Assembly: GCA_051294905.1 (NCBI GenBank)
Contig: CM119372.1
Span: 27,902,001 to 27,966,000, forward strand
DNA from: Botryllus schlosseri
Lineage: Eukaryota
DNA length: 64,000 nt
Direction: 5' to 3'
Shown: one piece after another, positions 49,301 through 59,560 of the stretch
How the letters are laid out: each line of letters starts with the position of its first letter
How positions within the stretch are numbered: position 1 is the stretch's first letter
Position numbers and translations under genes: made by a program
The notes under the pieces: model-generated
Told to the model about the DNA's origin: nothing
The model's input: the letters and a program-made list of their open reading frames with translations, nothing else
The model's database searches: none

Positions 49301-52300
49301 GTTCCGACCCCCTAAACCCCCCCCCCCTGGATACGCCACTGGGTATATATATGTGTTTTCGAATATTACTGGTCCACGAAAGGTTCGGAACAACCGGTTT
49401 ACATGATATACTCGCATTTCCACTATGACTGCCGACAAATATAGAGATTAGAGATTGCAGAAAATTATATGTAACAGGATAGGCTATATACCGCTGATTA
49501 GCATAAGTGTTCAAAGAAGCCGACAATACTACTCGAGTAGAAGAAACGCCACAGATTTCTACTCAATTACAAGTAGACGTAGCAATTTCCAAGACATCTC
49601 ATTGCAAGATCGCAAGATTATCTTCACAACGAATATGATATGACTGCATGACACTACAAATGGACACTTTATTCGAAATTATCTTCTGATACAGGGGTGA
49701 CTTCACACTATTCTTATGACAATTTCGCTTGTAAAAGTAATACAAAACTACTTTCCATTTTGCAAAACCCAAAATGTAAAAGTAAGGTCTGCCTAAAAAA
49801 CTGTTAAATTAGAAGTGAAAGTAGGTTAAAAACTTGAACACCAGAGCAACTGGTTCAAGTATGGAAAACCTACTTAAAATCTGAAAAAGCATAAATACTT
49901 TGTCATGTGGGCTACCTGCGCTCTGTTGGTGGCGTCTCCTAGTGGTAATTTTCTCTTGCGATTCTCAGGCTTGACCGCGTCACCTGGTACGGAGGTTTGA
50001 AATAATAAAAAATGTATACCGGTATTGTAAAAATTGTATCAGTATTGTATCTCATCGAGTATTGAAACTCAAATAACTCCATTTAGCTAGGTCACCTTTT
50101 ACAGCATTCTCTTTCGAAGCGTTTCTTTCATTCACTTTTGCAATGTCTTTTTCATTCAACGGGCTGATCTCTTCCAATGCTTTCGGAAGTCCGAGCAACA
50201 TTTTTTGGCGGAGAGACATCGGACCTATATCCAGACAATTAGGTTTATCACTCGCTTGTATGCGAGGTCATTTTTTAATGTAAATTTAGCTCTGGCGCAG
50301 ACAAGTCAGTGGATACCAGATCAAGTCAGAACAGCATATTGTAATTGATTAGTGCCTACTCAACATGCCATAGACATCAGCGACAGAAAGTTTTCAGTTC
50401 ATCACAAATATGAGTAAGTATTTTTTCTGAAATTCAATGCTCAAATCGGTTAGGCCTATAAGTGAATCCTTGGTGAATTTGGCATTTGGCAGAATTCAGC
50501 ACTTGACAGACCCTTATCCTAATCTATCCCCGACATTAATGCATAGGCTAGATCCCAAGTGCCGAGATCAGAATGAACCATATTCAGTGAAGACATTCAT
50601 ATTCGAAATTACCAACACAATATTGATGCATCACTTTAATAATTTCAACAGGTTCATTACATTTCTAATGCCCAACTCCCCAGGTGCCAAATTAACTAGT
50701 AACCGTCATGTCGATGGTGCATGTTCCACAAATCTAAATTGATGACAAAAATTAGCCTAAAGTTCCAAGCCTTCCCACATATATATATAACACAAATGAA
50801 GTTGAAATTGGACAATCAGAGTGTTTTACATATCTGCATATTATAGCCTACATTTTCCATCTTTACCATCTCCAATTTCAAGCATGGATTACGATTATTC
50901 CAGATAGAAGCTGGACGGCAATGTGTTTTAATTCATTTTTATGCCCCCACAAAAGCATCGTAATATACACTTACACATGATCAACTGGAGATAGCTACTG
51001 GTTGGAATGGTGCGAGACTAATTTTCGAAGACGTTCAGCTAGGCAGTTTAACAAAGTTACTTTACAATCGCACAAATACTGACCTTTCCCCTTCTCATTG
51101 GATAGCTTCACCGATAAAATCTTGCAGAAATTCTTCAAGTTTTCCGGAGGGCAGTTGGAAAGCAGAAACCGGACACTGTGATTGATAATCGTGATCGAGA
51201 CTTTTCCTTCCTAAAAATCAATGGATAACTTTGTTTCAAAAGTAGTATTACCGCAATAAATTGCAAAGAGATAGCGTTAGGGATGGGGAGTAGGCCTATA
51301 TTGCCCGCTATGGAATCTCAGTTCATTTTTGGAAATAAATCCTGCATGATAAGAGCTTTTCTGCATAGAATAATTCAGTAATTAAACAGAAAGTTCTGCG
51401 TGACGTTGCCACCAATTCCACTCTGTTATATTGCTAAGTTACCGGTAGCCTACTTGTAGCGTTCGAAGAGTACCGGTATATTGAAAATGTCTTTGATGAA
51501 AAAGCAAAATTAATTTTGAAAACATTACAATCTTATGATAAAAACACTGAACTCAGTTGCAGTAACTGCATTACTAAGGATGTAGGCCTAATCCTATTTA
51601 CAGAATGTCATCATTAGCGATATTAAACTGATTGTTGTAAAACATGGCTTTTTGAATGCTCGCGGTATTGCGAATTTGTATGGAACATACATGTTATTTT
51701 CTAAAATGATATATTGTACACTACAAAAAATAATTTGCAATTTTGGTCTCAAATTCAAGACATTAGGAAGATTTGGTATCATTTTCAGCAAATTCAGTCT
51801 TACTGATGAAGTGAGGTCTTGAAATCGAGACTGATTCAGCTTTTCAAGACCATATTAAATTGTTAAGATTATTCGGTCTTAAAATGAAGACTGATTCAGC
51901 TTTTTAAGACCATATTCCAGTGGCGGCTCGTGACAATATCGGGTGGTGGGGCAAGGGCTGCGAGCGACTTTTATCAACATGACGTCACAATGGCGTTTTC
52001 CAACGTAAAAAAGTAACTTTAATATGATGGTCACATGAATTTCCCGACAACAGTGATTTTAACGTAGGTGCCGCGAGAGGTTTGCCGGTGAGCCGTGACT
52101 TGAAGTGTGGTAACAAATGTTTTATTCATTTTTTTTAATCAAAGGATTATTTTACATAATGTACGTGAACTAAGAATCGTCCCTATGCCACGAATCAATT
52201 ATCAGGTCATCCTTAGTAGCATGCGTTATGATTTCATGGTAGAGTTAGAGATTACGCAAATCGATAGGCCGTCCGAAAGTGTTTCGTACACGATCCTGGT

Positions 52301-55300
52301 GTGTTACGACCACTGAGCTGGTGGTTACGAGTTACGACCAGGTGATAGGCAACCAAAGCGGAGGTACCCGGCGTACGATTGGATCAATGGACTGGACAAT
52401 TTCTATCATCATCATCATTGGTTTATTAGCAATTTTATCAGTTCAATACACCACAAAAATGCGATACAATGAAAAGACAGGAATATGTCGAAGCGACAAG
52501 GAGTAGTCTTCTAGACCTTTAATTTTCGCTCTAAAGGCAACTGCGTAAACTAGCCTACGTACGGAGCAAAGATTCAATACGATTCATGTTCGCACTTGAC
52601 TTGACCAGACTAATTCCAATGACTAGAACTCGAGAGATTGCGTAAGCCTAACTGCAAAGGTCAACGACTTCGGACACATACGCAATTGTTATCTCATGGA
52701 TTGGGCCTGTCATATTGAATCCAGAACATCAATTTGAATGGTCTTTGAAGAACTAAGGACAGCAGCCTCGGAACTTCGGTCTCGGAACAACATAGTACAT
52801 TTTGGCCTTGAAACTGGAGATTGTGACGCAACACATACGGCTTACTGTCTGCTGCCAAATCGCCGTTGGAAAATATATTAATCAATAAATACATGAATGA
52901 AAGCCGTAAACTTAGCATACTGTTACATGAAATCATCGAGAAGTAGCATTCGCAATCTCATAACCCATTCCGGCATGGTACACTGTCAAAATCAATACAA
53001 ACAGACGAACACCGAACTTTGAGTAAAATAGATCGAGGAATAGGCTGATCGAATGATCAGCTGTTAGCCGACATCGAAAATGAAATAGCTATCGCATTTG
53101 ACAGGGGATTGTAAGCAAATGGTTTGAAGGCCACAATTTCACAGTGAAATGCACATTGGCGAACATAAAATTATGTGAATATTTGAATGCAAACCGAGAA
53201 TCTTAGTTAGCTGTTTCATGCGATCATCGAGATATACCATTGGAAATATCATCACCGATCTCGTTATGGAACGCAGACTAGATTAGCACAGACAGACACC
53301 GGCTTTTCCGTGAGATCCGCAATGATGTAGGTAGGCTAAGTATCAGATCAGCGCGCATCTCTACCATACTCGACCTCGAAAACGAAATAACTGCCTCAAT
53401 CATTGAGCGTCAACTTTAAGACTTGGCACCGCGTTCGATACTAAAATCAAGACATACCATGCAAAAGCTCATGACTAGAGCCCGACCGATATTGGATTTC
53501 TGAGCCGATACCGATAAGACCGATATCCAGTACCTCCACCGATAACCCCGATATATTCAGCCGATATTCAAAAGATATGGAATCCAGCTCAAGGCCCATA
53601 TTTAACACCTCAGAGCATTTATTTCAACAACTTTACAGCCATTGATATGCTTAAACATGAAATAAATGATCTTGGGGCTGTAAAAATATATCAAAAGCAC
53701 CAATCCAGCAGTTGCAGATTACAGTTCACGAAGCACAATTTCTCGGGCCTTTCTCCAGGGACTGAATCTCTGTGGTCTTTCATAAATGATGTATATAGTA
53801 CTAAACACAGTGAGCAGTCTGACACTTGATACCATAGCTAGTGGCACAGCAAGAATTGGAAATCTTTCTTCATTTCGGCTCCACCGCTCCCGTGCAGGGG
53901 ATCTTTCCTTCGATGGTTTCACCAAATATTGATATTAATATTGATATTCTTCTGGCAGTGCACCTGAAGCCTTCAGCATATCATTAACAAATAGATGAAG
54001 AGAATGTGCGAAACAACTCAAATTGTACACGTCTGAAACTGCTCCACGCCTCCACCCATCCCCCTTGGCCCTTGACCATGAGTCCATGACCAGCATGTCA
54101 ACAATCAATTGATTTTACGCTCTTTCGTCAGAATTGGCCAATGTCATCACGGAATCAAAAATTTTCGTATCAATTATTGGCATTACTCCACGTTTGCTTG
54201 ATTTTCTTGCCCTATATGCTCGCATATTTCCTATCATGGTGGGCCCGCAGGCCTCAGTCAGACGACTTCATGCATTACTGGTATAATTAGCTCTGTTGGT
54301 ACCGAACCAATAGCACTATCTTCAGAGAAATGTTTCGACGCGACGCTTTTCTTTATCATCACGAGGGTCAGTCCAGCATGATTGAAGTTCTCATTTCTCT
54401 TACTGATTAAAATCTTCTGCAGACAACTATCCATCCAGCTGCTTAGTGATCGATTACTGCAGGGGGATTCCCACGAAGTCAGTGGGGCATAACGGTGGTT
54501 AGTTATCTATAATATTTTTCAGATAGGCACACCTACTGCCCTGTATGCAGTATGCCTTATGCAGCTTAGCCATTTATTTTTATAATTTACCGTCCTCGTG
54601 TCTTCTATCGACTTCTCTGACTCCCTGCCACCATGATGTGACGTCACGAAAATGGCCGATATTTTTTGAACTCCAATGGCCGATACCGATATTTCTCTCC
54701 AAGCGTGATATCGACTCGATATTATCGGCGAGCCGATAATCGGTCGGGCTCTACTCATGACAGATCTAGGTATGGAACATCGTTAAAATCAATAGAGACC
54801 AATAACGGCTTTTGCGTAAATCTGTTAGCAATAAATGAAGAGTCAGCTCTCACTCGACTTTGGAAACGAAATTACCACCCACATAGTTCAGTGACAAACT
54901 TAAAACTTATTACAGCGGTCGATACTAACATTAAGACTTACTGTGCCAAATATCATGACCGATCTCAGTATGGAACATCGTCAAAATCAATGGAGACCAA
55001 TACCGGCTTTTGAGTAAAATCTGTTTGCTGTACAATGTACATGATAGATCAGCACACACTGAACTTCGGAAACGAAATTACCACCCTTATCTTTGAGTAG
55101 CAAGCCTGAAACTTGGAGCAGTGCTAAATACTACCTTCACGACATATCGTACCAAGTTTCAAGAATTATCATGGTGCGAAACACCGTCAAAATCGACATA
55201 TACCAGCAAAGGTCGAGTCAACGCATATCACGGTAACCGAGTTCAGATATAGATACGATTGTTACATCACACCTTAAGGGCGACAGGCATAGTTGCCCCA

Positions 55301-57356
55301 CTTGCTCGGCCATTTTACGTATAGGAGAGAGTAAATCACCGTTTCTTTATTGTGCGCGGCTTTGAGAGAATAGATAGTGAAAGCTTGTTATGAGCGCTAC
55401 CGGGGCAAGCCCCGGCTAGGCATTCACAAAGCGAAAACACAGAAGAGAATTCGATTTTCGCAGAGACTTCGCTATGTATGGGCATTTGTTAGCGAAAGCA
55501 AAAGAATAATGCGGGTTTCGCCGTGATCTCGGTATATACTGATTGCTGTGCGTCTATAAATGGTTAAATTGTTATTGAACAGAATTTTAGGTGGGGCAAT
55601 GCCCCAGTTGCCCTATAGGACGAGCCGCCACTGCCATATTCAATCATGTCAAGATTATTTGGTCTTAAAATTGAGACTGAAATAACTTTTAAGACCATAT
55701 TGAATTTTCGAAATTGTTCGGTCTTGAAATTAAGACTGATTCAGCTTTATATGACCATATAAAACTGTCAAGATTATTCGGTCTTAAAATTAGGACTGAT
55801 CAAACATTTCAAGACCATTATTGAATTGTCAAGATTATTCGGTCTCAAAATTGAGACTGATTCAGCTTTTTAAGACTACATTTGAATTGTCCAGATAATT
55901 CGGTCTTAAAACCGAGACCAATAACATAACATAACATGGTTGAGTTATATTTTTGATCTGAACAAGTCACACACAATGTACAATGCGATAAGACACAATG
56001 CGATGTCATGAACAGATAGGAAGATGTAGAACGACACGCATCAGTAGCGATCCTTTACTCTAACATCCACCTCGGCCTAGAGTGCCCGATGTCACAGTTC
56101 TTTTTCGATGTTGATCTTTTTGAAGCCGCGGCCCTTTCTACTAGTTCTTTTCCATTCATTGTGAGTGCTTTCTTTCGTCGGGTCTTTTTCTGGGCTTTTT
56201 TTGTCGCCGTAAGAACGGCAACGGCAGGGGAAGAGGAGCCCAGATAAACCTCCGACGAGAATCGAACGCGGTTCGTCTGCGTGCGCGTCTTATAAGACAC
56301 ATTGTGCTTTTTGAGACAATTTTTGATGCATCAGTTTTTCTGGTCTTGTTTTTAAGACGAATTTTGCTAATCAAGAAACATCATGGTCCGTGGTCTTATA
56401 AATCAGAATGGTAAAATGTCATGAGCCCGGAGCACAAGACGTAATTAGCTTTCTTTGACAAATTTTGATCCATCAAAGGTCATTGCAAATATAATCCAGC
56501 AGTGACTTGAGAGCGGAGAGCCAAAACGTATTTGGTGGTGCCATGACAATTTACCATTCTGATTTATAAGACCACGGACCATGATGTTTCTTGATTAGCA
56601 AAATTCGTCTTAAAAACAAGACCAGAAAAACTGATGCATCAAAAATTGTCTCAAAAAGCACAATGTGTCTTATAAGACGCGTTTATTGGTCTCGGTTTTA
56701 AGACCGAATTATCTGGACAATTCATAATGGTCTTGAAATGTTTGATCAGTCCTAATTTTAAGACCGAATAATCTTGACAGTTTTATATGGTCTTATAAAG
56801 CTGAATCAGTCTTAATTTTAAGACCAAATAATCTTGACATGATTGAATATGGTCTTAAAAAGCTGAATCAGTCTTCATTTGAAGACCGAATAATCTTAAC
56901 AATTTAATATGGTCTTGAAAAGCTGAATCAGTCTTGATTTTAAGACCTCACTTCATCAGTAAGACTGAATTTGCTGAAAATGATACCAAATCTTCCTAAT
57001 GTCTTGAATTTGAGACCAAAATTGCAAATTATTTTTTGTAGTGTAACAGTAAGTGCACACCAGGCAACGTTATGTTCGGAGATCGGAGCTAAAAATGCTC
57101 TGCACAAAAATAATACAATGCCTTATAAACAAATTACCTTGAGATACTTGCAATGGAACTTCAAGTCTTTGACGACATATTTCTGAAAAGACTGCTTGCC
57201 GCTCGTTCCTCTGAACCCAAGAACAACTTCCTTGTGCTCATTTCGCCAAAGCGATATTTCCCCCTTTCGCGAAGCTTGTCTTTTCAAGGTCTCTTGCGAT
57301 GAATTCAGGTTCTCAATAACCACGTTGCATATCAAGGATGAATCCGAGCTATCCAT
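31102..57356 (-). CDS. PIF1: ATP-dependent DNA helicase PIF1, complete 14-exon gene, 648 aa. join(57356-57138,51210-51084,50224-50096,49983-49916,39462-39324,38825-38683,37968-37835,36949-36835,36770-36664,36005-35888,33845-33717,33523-33403,32615-32440,31323-31102)
   Basis: Exons sum to 1947 nt in one open frame with GT-AG junctions. N-terminal PINT region ([12 protein letters not shown]); motif [30 protein letters not shown]; motif [34 protein letters not shown]; Pif1 signature [56 protein letters not shown]. Confidence 0.96.
32440..32615 (-). CDS. PIF1: PIF1 exon 13 (GLPIVRF...[18 protein letters not shown])
   Basis: Helicase motif V. Confidence 0.94.
33403..33523 (-). CDS. PIF1: PIF1 exon 12 ([24 protein letters not shown]...)
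   Basis: Second half of the Pif1 signature; gtaagt donor. Confidence 0.92.
33717..33845 (-). CDS. PIF1: PIF1 exon 11 (SHLEEL...[10 protein letters not shown])
   Basis: First half of the Pif1 signature. Confidence 0.93.
34345..34379 (-). ncRNA. Minimal type I hammerhead ribozyme-like motif, near-intact (1-nt insertion in the core), in a Penelope pseudo-LTR
   Basis: accc CTGACG(G)A gtgtcagcc GAAA atat TC gggc; sibling copies at 7400-7433, 8900-8930, 10120-10153, 10765-10798 and 35630-35663. Confidence 0.65.
34503..35466. mobile_element. hAT-like MITE
   Basis: TIR TAGGGTT(A/G)CCATA; 8-bp TSD TCTTAATC. Confidence 0.88.
35888..36005 (-). CDS. PIF1: PIF1 exon 10 ([12 protein letters not shown]...[19 protein letters not shown])
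   Basis: Pif1-family ATxLCTH motif. Confidence 0.93.
36664..36770 (-). CDS. PIF1: PIF1 exon 9 ([36 protein letters not shown])
   Basis: Helicase motif IV; preceded by a 64-nt intron. Confidence 0.94.
36835..36949 (-). CDS. PIF1: PIF1 exon 8 ([19 protein letters not shown])
   Basis: Helicase motif III. Confidence 0.95.
37835..37968 (-). CDS. PIF1: PIF1 exon 7 ([11 protein letters not shown]...[22 protein letters not shown])
   Basis: Walker B motif DEISM. Confidence 0.94.
38683..38825 (-). CDS. PIF1: PIF1 exon 6 ([10 protein letters not shown]...[21 protein letters not shown])
   Basis: Helicase motifs I, Ia and Ib. Confidence 0.95.
39324..39462 (-). CDS. PIF1: PIF1 exon 5 (...[26 protein letters not shown])
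   Basis: Q motif and start of Walker A; long pyrimidine tract acceptor. Confidence 0.93.
39708..40271. mobile_element. GACTCGAGTC-rich hAT-like MITE
   Basis: Homologous to 21073-21632; degenerate TSD CAGCAAAC/TAACAAAC. Confidence 0.82.
41650..41895 (+). mobile_element. 5'-truncated tRNA-derived SINE with (CAAA)n tail
   Basis: B box GGTTCGAGTCC; absent from family B copy 1; relative at 60880-61043 (minus strand). Confidence 0.7.
42214..43457. mobile_element. hAT-like element
   Basis: TIR CAGGGGTTCTCA; TSD GTCTAAAC. Confidence 0.88.
44362..44886. mobile_element. hAT-like MITE
   Basis: TIR CAG.GGT.GGCA; TSD ATCTAATA. Confidence 0.85.
45196..46485 (+). mobile_element. Deleted hAT transposon with a dimerization-domain remnant
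   Basis: TIR TAGGGTT; TSD GTTGCATC; 46093-46305 encodes [15 protein letters not shown]...[14 protein letters not shown], similar to the hAT C-terminal dimerization motif. Confidence 0.88.
49916..49983 (-). CDS. PIF1: PIF1 exon 4 ([22 protein letters not shown])
   Basis: ccag acceptor and gtagcc donor; restores the phase between exons 3 and 5. Confidence 0.75.
50096..50224 (-). CDS. PIF1: PIF1 exon 3 ([26 protein letters not shown]...)
   Basis: EEISP motif; phase 1 to phase 1. Confidence 0.88.
51084..51210 (-). CDS. PIF1: PIF1 exon 2 ([28 protein letters not shown]...)
   Basis: tttttag acceptor, gtcagt donor, PINT-domain LSNCPP motif. Confidence 0.9.
51918..55633. mobile_element. hAT-like element with internal ~200-bp degenerate tandem units
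   Basis: TIR CAGTGGCGGCTCGT; TSD CCATATTC. Confidence 0.88.
53476..54753 (-). mobile_element. Deleted hAT transposon with transposase remnants
   Basis: TIR TAGAGCCCGACCGAT; TSD CTCATGAC; minus-strand [14 protein letters not shown] (CxxH motif) and [12 protein letters not shown]. Confidence 0.88.
55921..56283 (-). mobile_element. 5'-truncated (TTATG)n-tailed SINE
   Basis: Copy of 26455-26860; absent from the mirror arm of the CACTA element. Confidence 0.85.
57138..57356 (-). CDS. PIF1: PIF1 exon 1 ([15 protein letters not shown]...FHCKYLK)
   Basis: ATG at 57356; AAG|GTAA donor; joins exon 2 in frame (EGKVSI). Confidence 0.85.
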
Positions 57357-57491
57357 TTGTGCATGTATTTGACAAAACACATAAACGATCCCGAAATTTA
57401 AAATCTAACACACGATACCGATACTCGAGAAAGTCGTACACTCGTACTCCACTCCAAGATCTTGTATTTCAATTTCAACAAAGCTTTACAT

Positions 57492-57517
57492 TTCAAATCC
57501 GCGCTTCTATGACGTCA
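57492..57517 (-). promoter_or_regulatory. Candidate CDE/CHR cell-cycle element plus CRE in the PIF1 promoter
   Basis: Minus strand reads TGACGTCA-tagaa-GCGCGG-a-TTTGAA about 140 nt upstream of the ATG. Confidence 0.45.
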
Positions 57518-57576
57518 ATTTTAAATCCCCCTGGACACGGTCGGTTTAGCTCGAAGTTTATGGAAAGGACGTAGTT

Positions 57577-57890
57577 TAGAGAGAGAGAGAGAGTCTTTAT
57601 TTTCATCCAACCAAAATACATAACACACGGCAGTGATGGTGGTACAGAAAATATTCTTGCACAGTATTCGGTATTAGATAGGAATGATCGATAAGACAGT
57701 GAAGGTCATCTAGTCTGATCACACCAGCATCAAACAGGTACACTTGACTCTAAGCAGTCTGGCTGTAAAAAAGGTTACAGTAGTTAAAAAAATAAAATAG
57801 AAGAAAAATTAAACGATGGTAGCAAATGATCAATGAAGCAATGTCTGGGCGAGGTAGGGCAACAGTGTTAGTGTAACGACAAGAGGTGAT
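57577..57890 (-). mobile_element. LINE-like 3' end directly upstream of the PIF1 promoter
   Basis: Near-identical to 28849-29165. Confidence 0.7.
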
Positions 57891-58020
57891 TTTTGTCCTT
57901 GATGTTTTTGCGGCATATACACCGACTCATAATCAGTGTTGCCAATTTAGCGATTTTCGCGCTAGATCTAGGCGATTTTCCATCCGGTTTAGCGCCAAAA
58001 AATATGGATCTAGCGCCTAG

Positions 58021-58957
58021 GCAGGGAGATAGTGTAGTGGTTACGATTAGGGCTGGGCACAATGATTCGAGTACTCGAATCTGAATCGAGTATTAATTTT
58101 AATGATTCGAGTCGAGTGGTAAAAGACGATTATTTCGAGTACTGACATTATACGCTCCTCGCAACTGAAAGTTAATTTACTAACGACTGTAACGAGTATT
58201 ATAGTTTTGATACTATTTTCCACCGAGGAAGCCTTGAAACCTTGATTATGGCCGTGTCGCAGCATACGAGGCATAGGTCAAAACTACGAACGTTACCGGA
58301 AATAACACATTTCCGAAGTCATGACCATCCCACAACATTGTCAACAAGTGCAATGAAATCGGTATGGTCGAAAAATACCAAAGTATCTTTAATGTGACGG
58401 ATAACAGGCATTATGTTCTTTGTGGTGGCATAAAAGGTACATATTTGAACATTGACATAGTACGTTCTGTTGTGACGTCATAATGAGTGATACTCGAATA
58501 CTCGACTCGACTCGAAGCGTTATACGTGATTCAGAATCGAATCACTCAGGTACTCGATTTTGCCCAGCCCTAGTTACGATAAGCGCCCAGCACGCAGGCG
58601 AACAACGTTCGATTCCCGTCGGAGGTTTATCTGGGCTCCTCTCCCCCTGCCGTTGCCGTTCTTACGGCGACAAAAAAGCCCAGAAAAAGACCCGACGGAA
58701 GAAAGCACTCACAAAGAATGGAAAAGAACTAGTAGAAAGGGCCGCGGCTTCAAAGAGATTAACATCGAAAAAAAGAACTGTGACATCGGGCACTCTAGGC
58801 CGAGGTGGATGTTAGAGTAAAAGGATCGCTACTGATGCGTGTCGTTCTACATCCTCCTATCTGTTCATGACATCGCATTGTGTCTTATCGCATTGTACAT
58901 TGTGTGTGACTTGTTCAGATAAAAATATAACCCAGTTATGTTATGTTATGTTATGTT
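58021..58957 (+). mobile_element. (TTATG)n-tailed SINE interrupted by a hAT MITE (58048-58572)
   Basis: SINE homologous to 26455-26860; MITE TIR TAGGGCTGGGCA, TSD GTTACGAT. Confidence 0.88.
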
Positions 58958-59139
58958 AGCGATAAATCTAGCGCTTTTTGAAAAAGTATTTAGCGATTAT
59001 TTAGCGCTTTTTTACCGGAAATAACCAATAAAGATCAGTTCTGGCTGACATAACATCAAGTTGTGCAACATTTCTCGCTCCATGTTGAAAATACGTTCGG
59101 ACGATTTGTCATGGTTGAGTGACTTTGGGTAGTAGATAC

Positions 59140-59560
59140 CAGAGATGAGCATGGATTAGGATTAGGTTTTGAAAAAACAGGATTTGTGAAATTTTGTCGG
59201 ATTTGGATTGGATTTGGATTAGACATTTTTTTCAGAACGGATTAGGATTTGGATTGGATTGACCTATTTTCTGGGAGATTGAAATGTCGTGTGGCGAATG
59301 GCGACAAACTTTATTCAGATCAGTTATTATTGTACTCAAGGTCACTAAGTTATCTTGAATCAAGTGAATCGTTGGTTGTGAAAGAAAATTTTCGAATCTC
59401 TCCATTGCATAAATTGGTATTTTTTCTGAATTTCCAGTTGGAATCGGATTGGACTTGGACTTGAATATGTAAAAGTTATGGATTAGGATTTGGATTTGGA
59501 TTTGAAGGTTCGGATTTGGATTGGATTAGGACATAGAAATTTCAAATCCGCTCATCTCTG
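59140..59560. mobile_element. hAT-like MITE (GGATT-rich)
   Basis: TIR CAGAGATGAGC; TSD GTAGATAC. Confidence 0.88.

Larger units (their letters stand above)
40385..49341 (-). mobile_element. Family C hAT-like element, copy 2 (outer shell of a nested cluster)
   Basis: Inverted copy of 15113-16420, split at 41488/49125; TSD GGTATATA. Confidence 0.9.
51719..57043. mobile_element. CACTA/EnSpm-like foldback element with ~60-bp subterminal tandem repeats and nested insertions
   Basis: Termini CACTACAAAAAA...TTTTTTGTAGTG flanked by TA; arms are near-perfect reverse complements. Confidence 0.85.

Noticed and set aside
55634..57000. Regular ~60-bp repeats resembling a CRISPR array
   Set aside because: There are no unique spacers and no cas genes, and the context is eukaryotic. 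They are subterminal repeats of the CACTA foldback.
31102..57356. PIF1-like helicase as part of a Helitron RepHel
   Set aside because: It has the cellular N-terminal PINT region, 13 spliceosomal introns and typical length, and no HUH Rep domain is visible.
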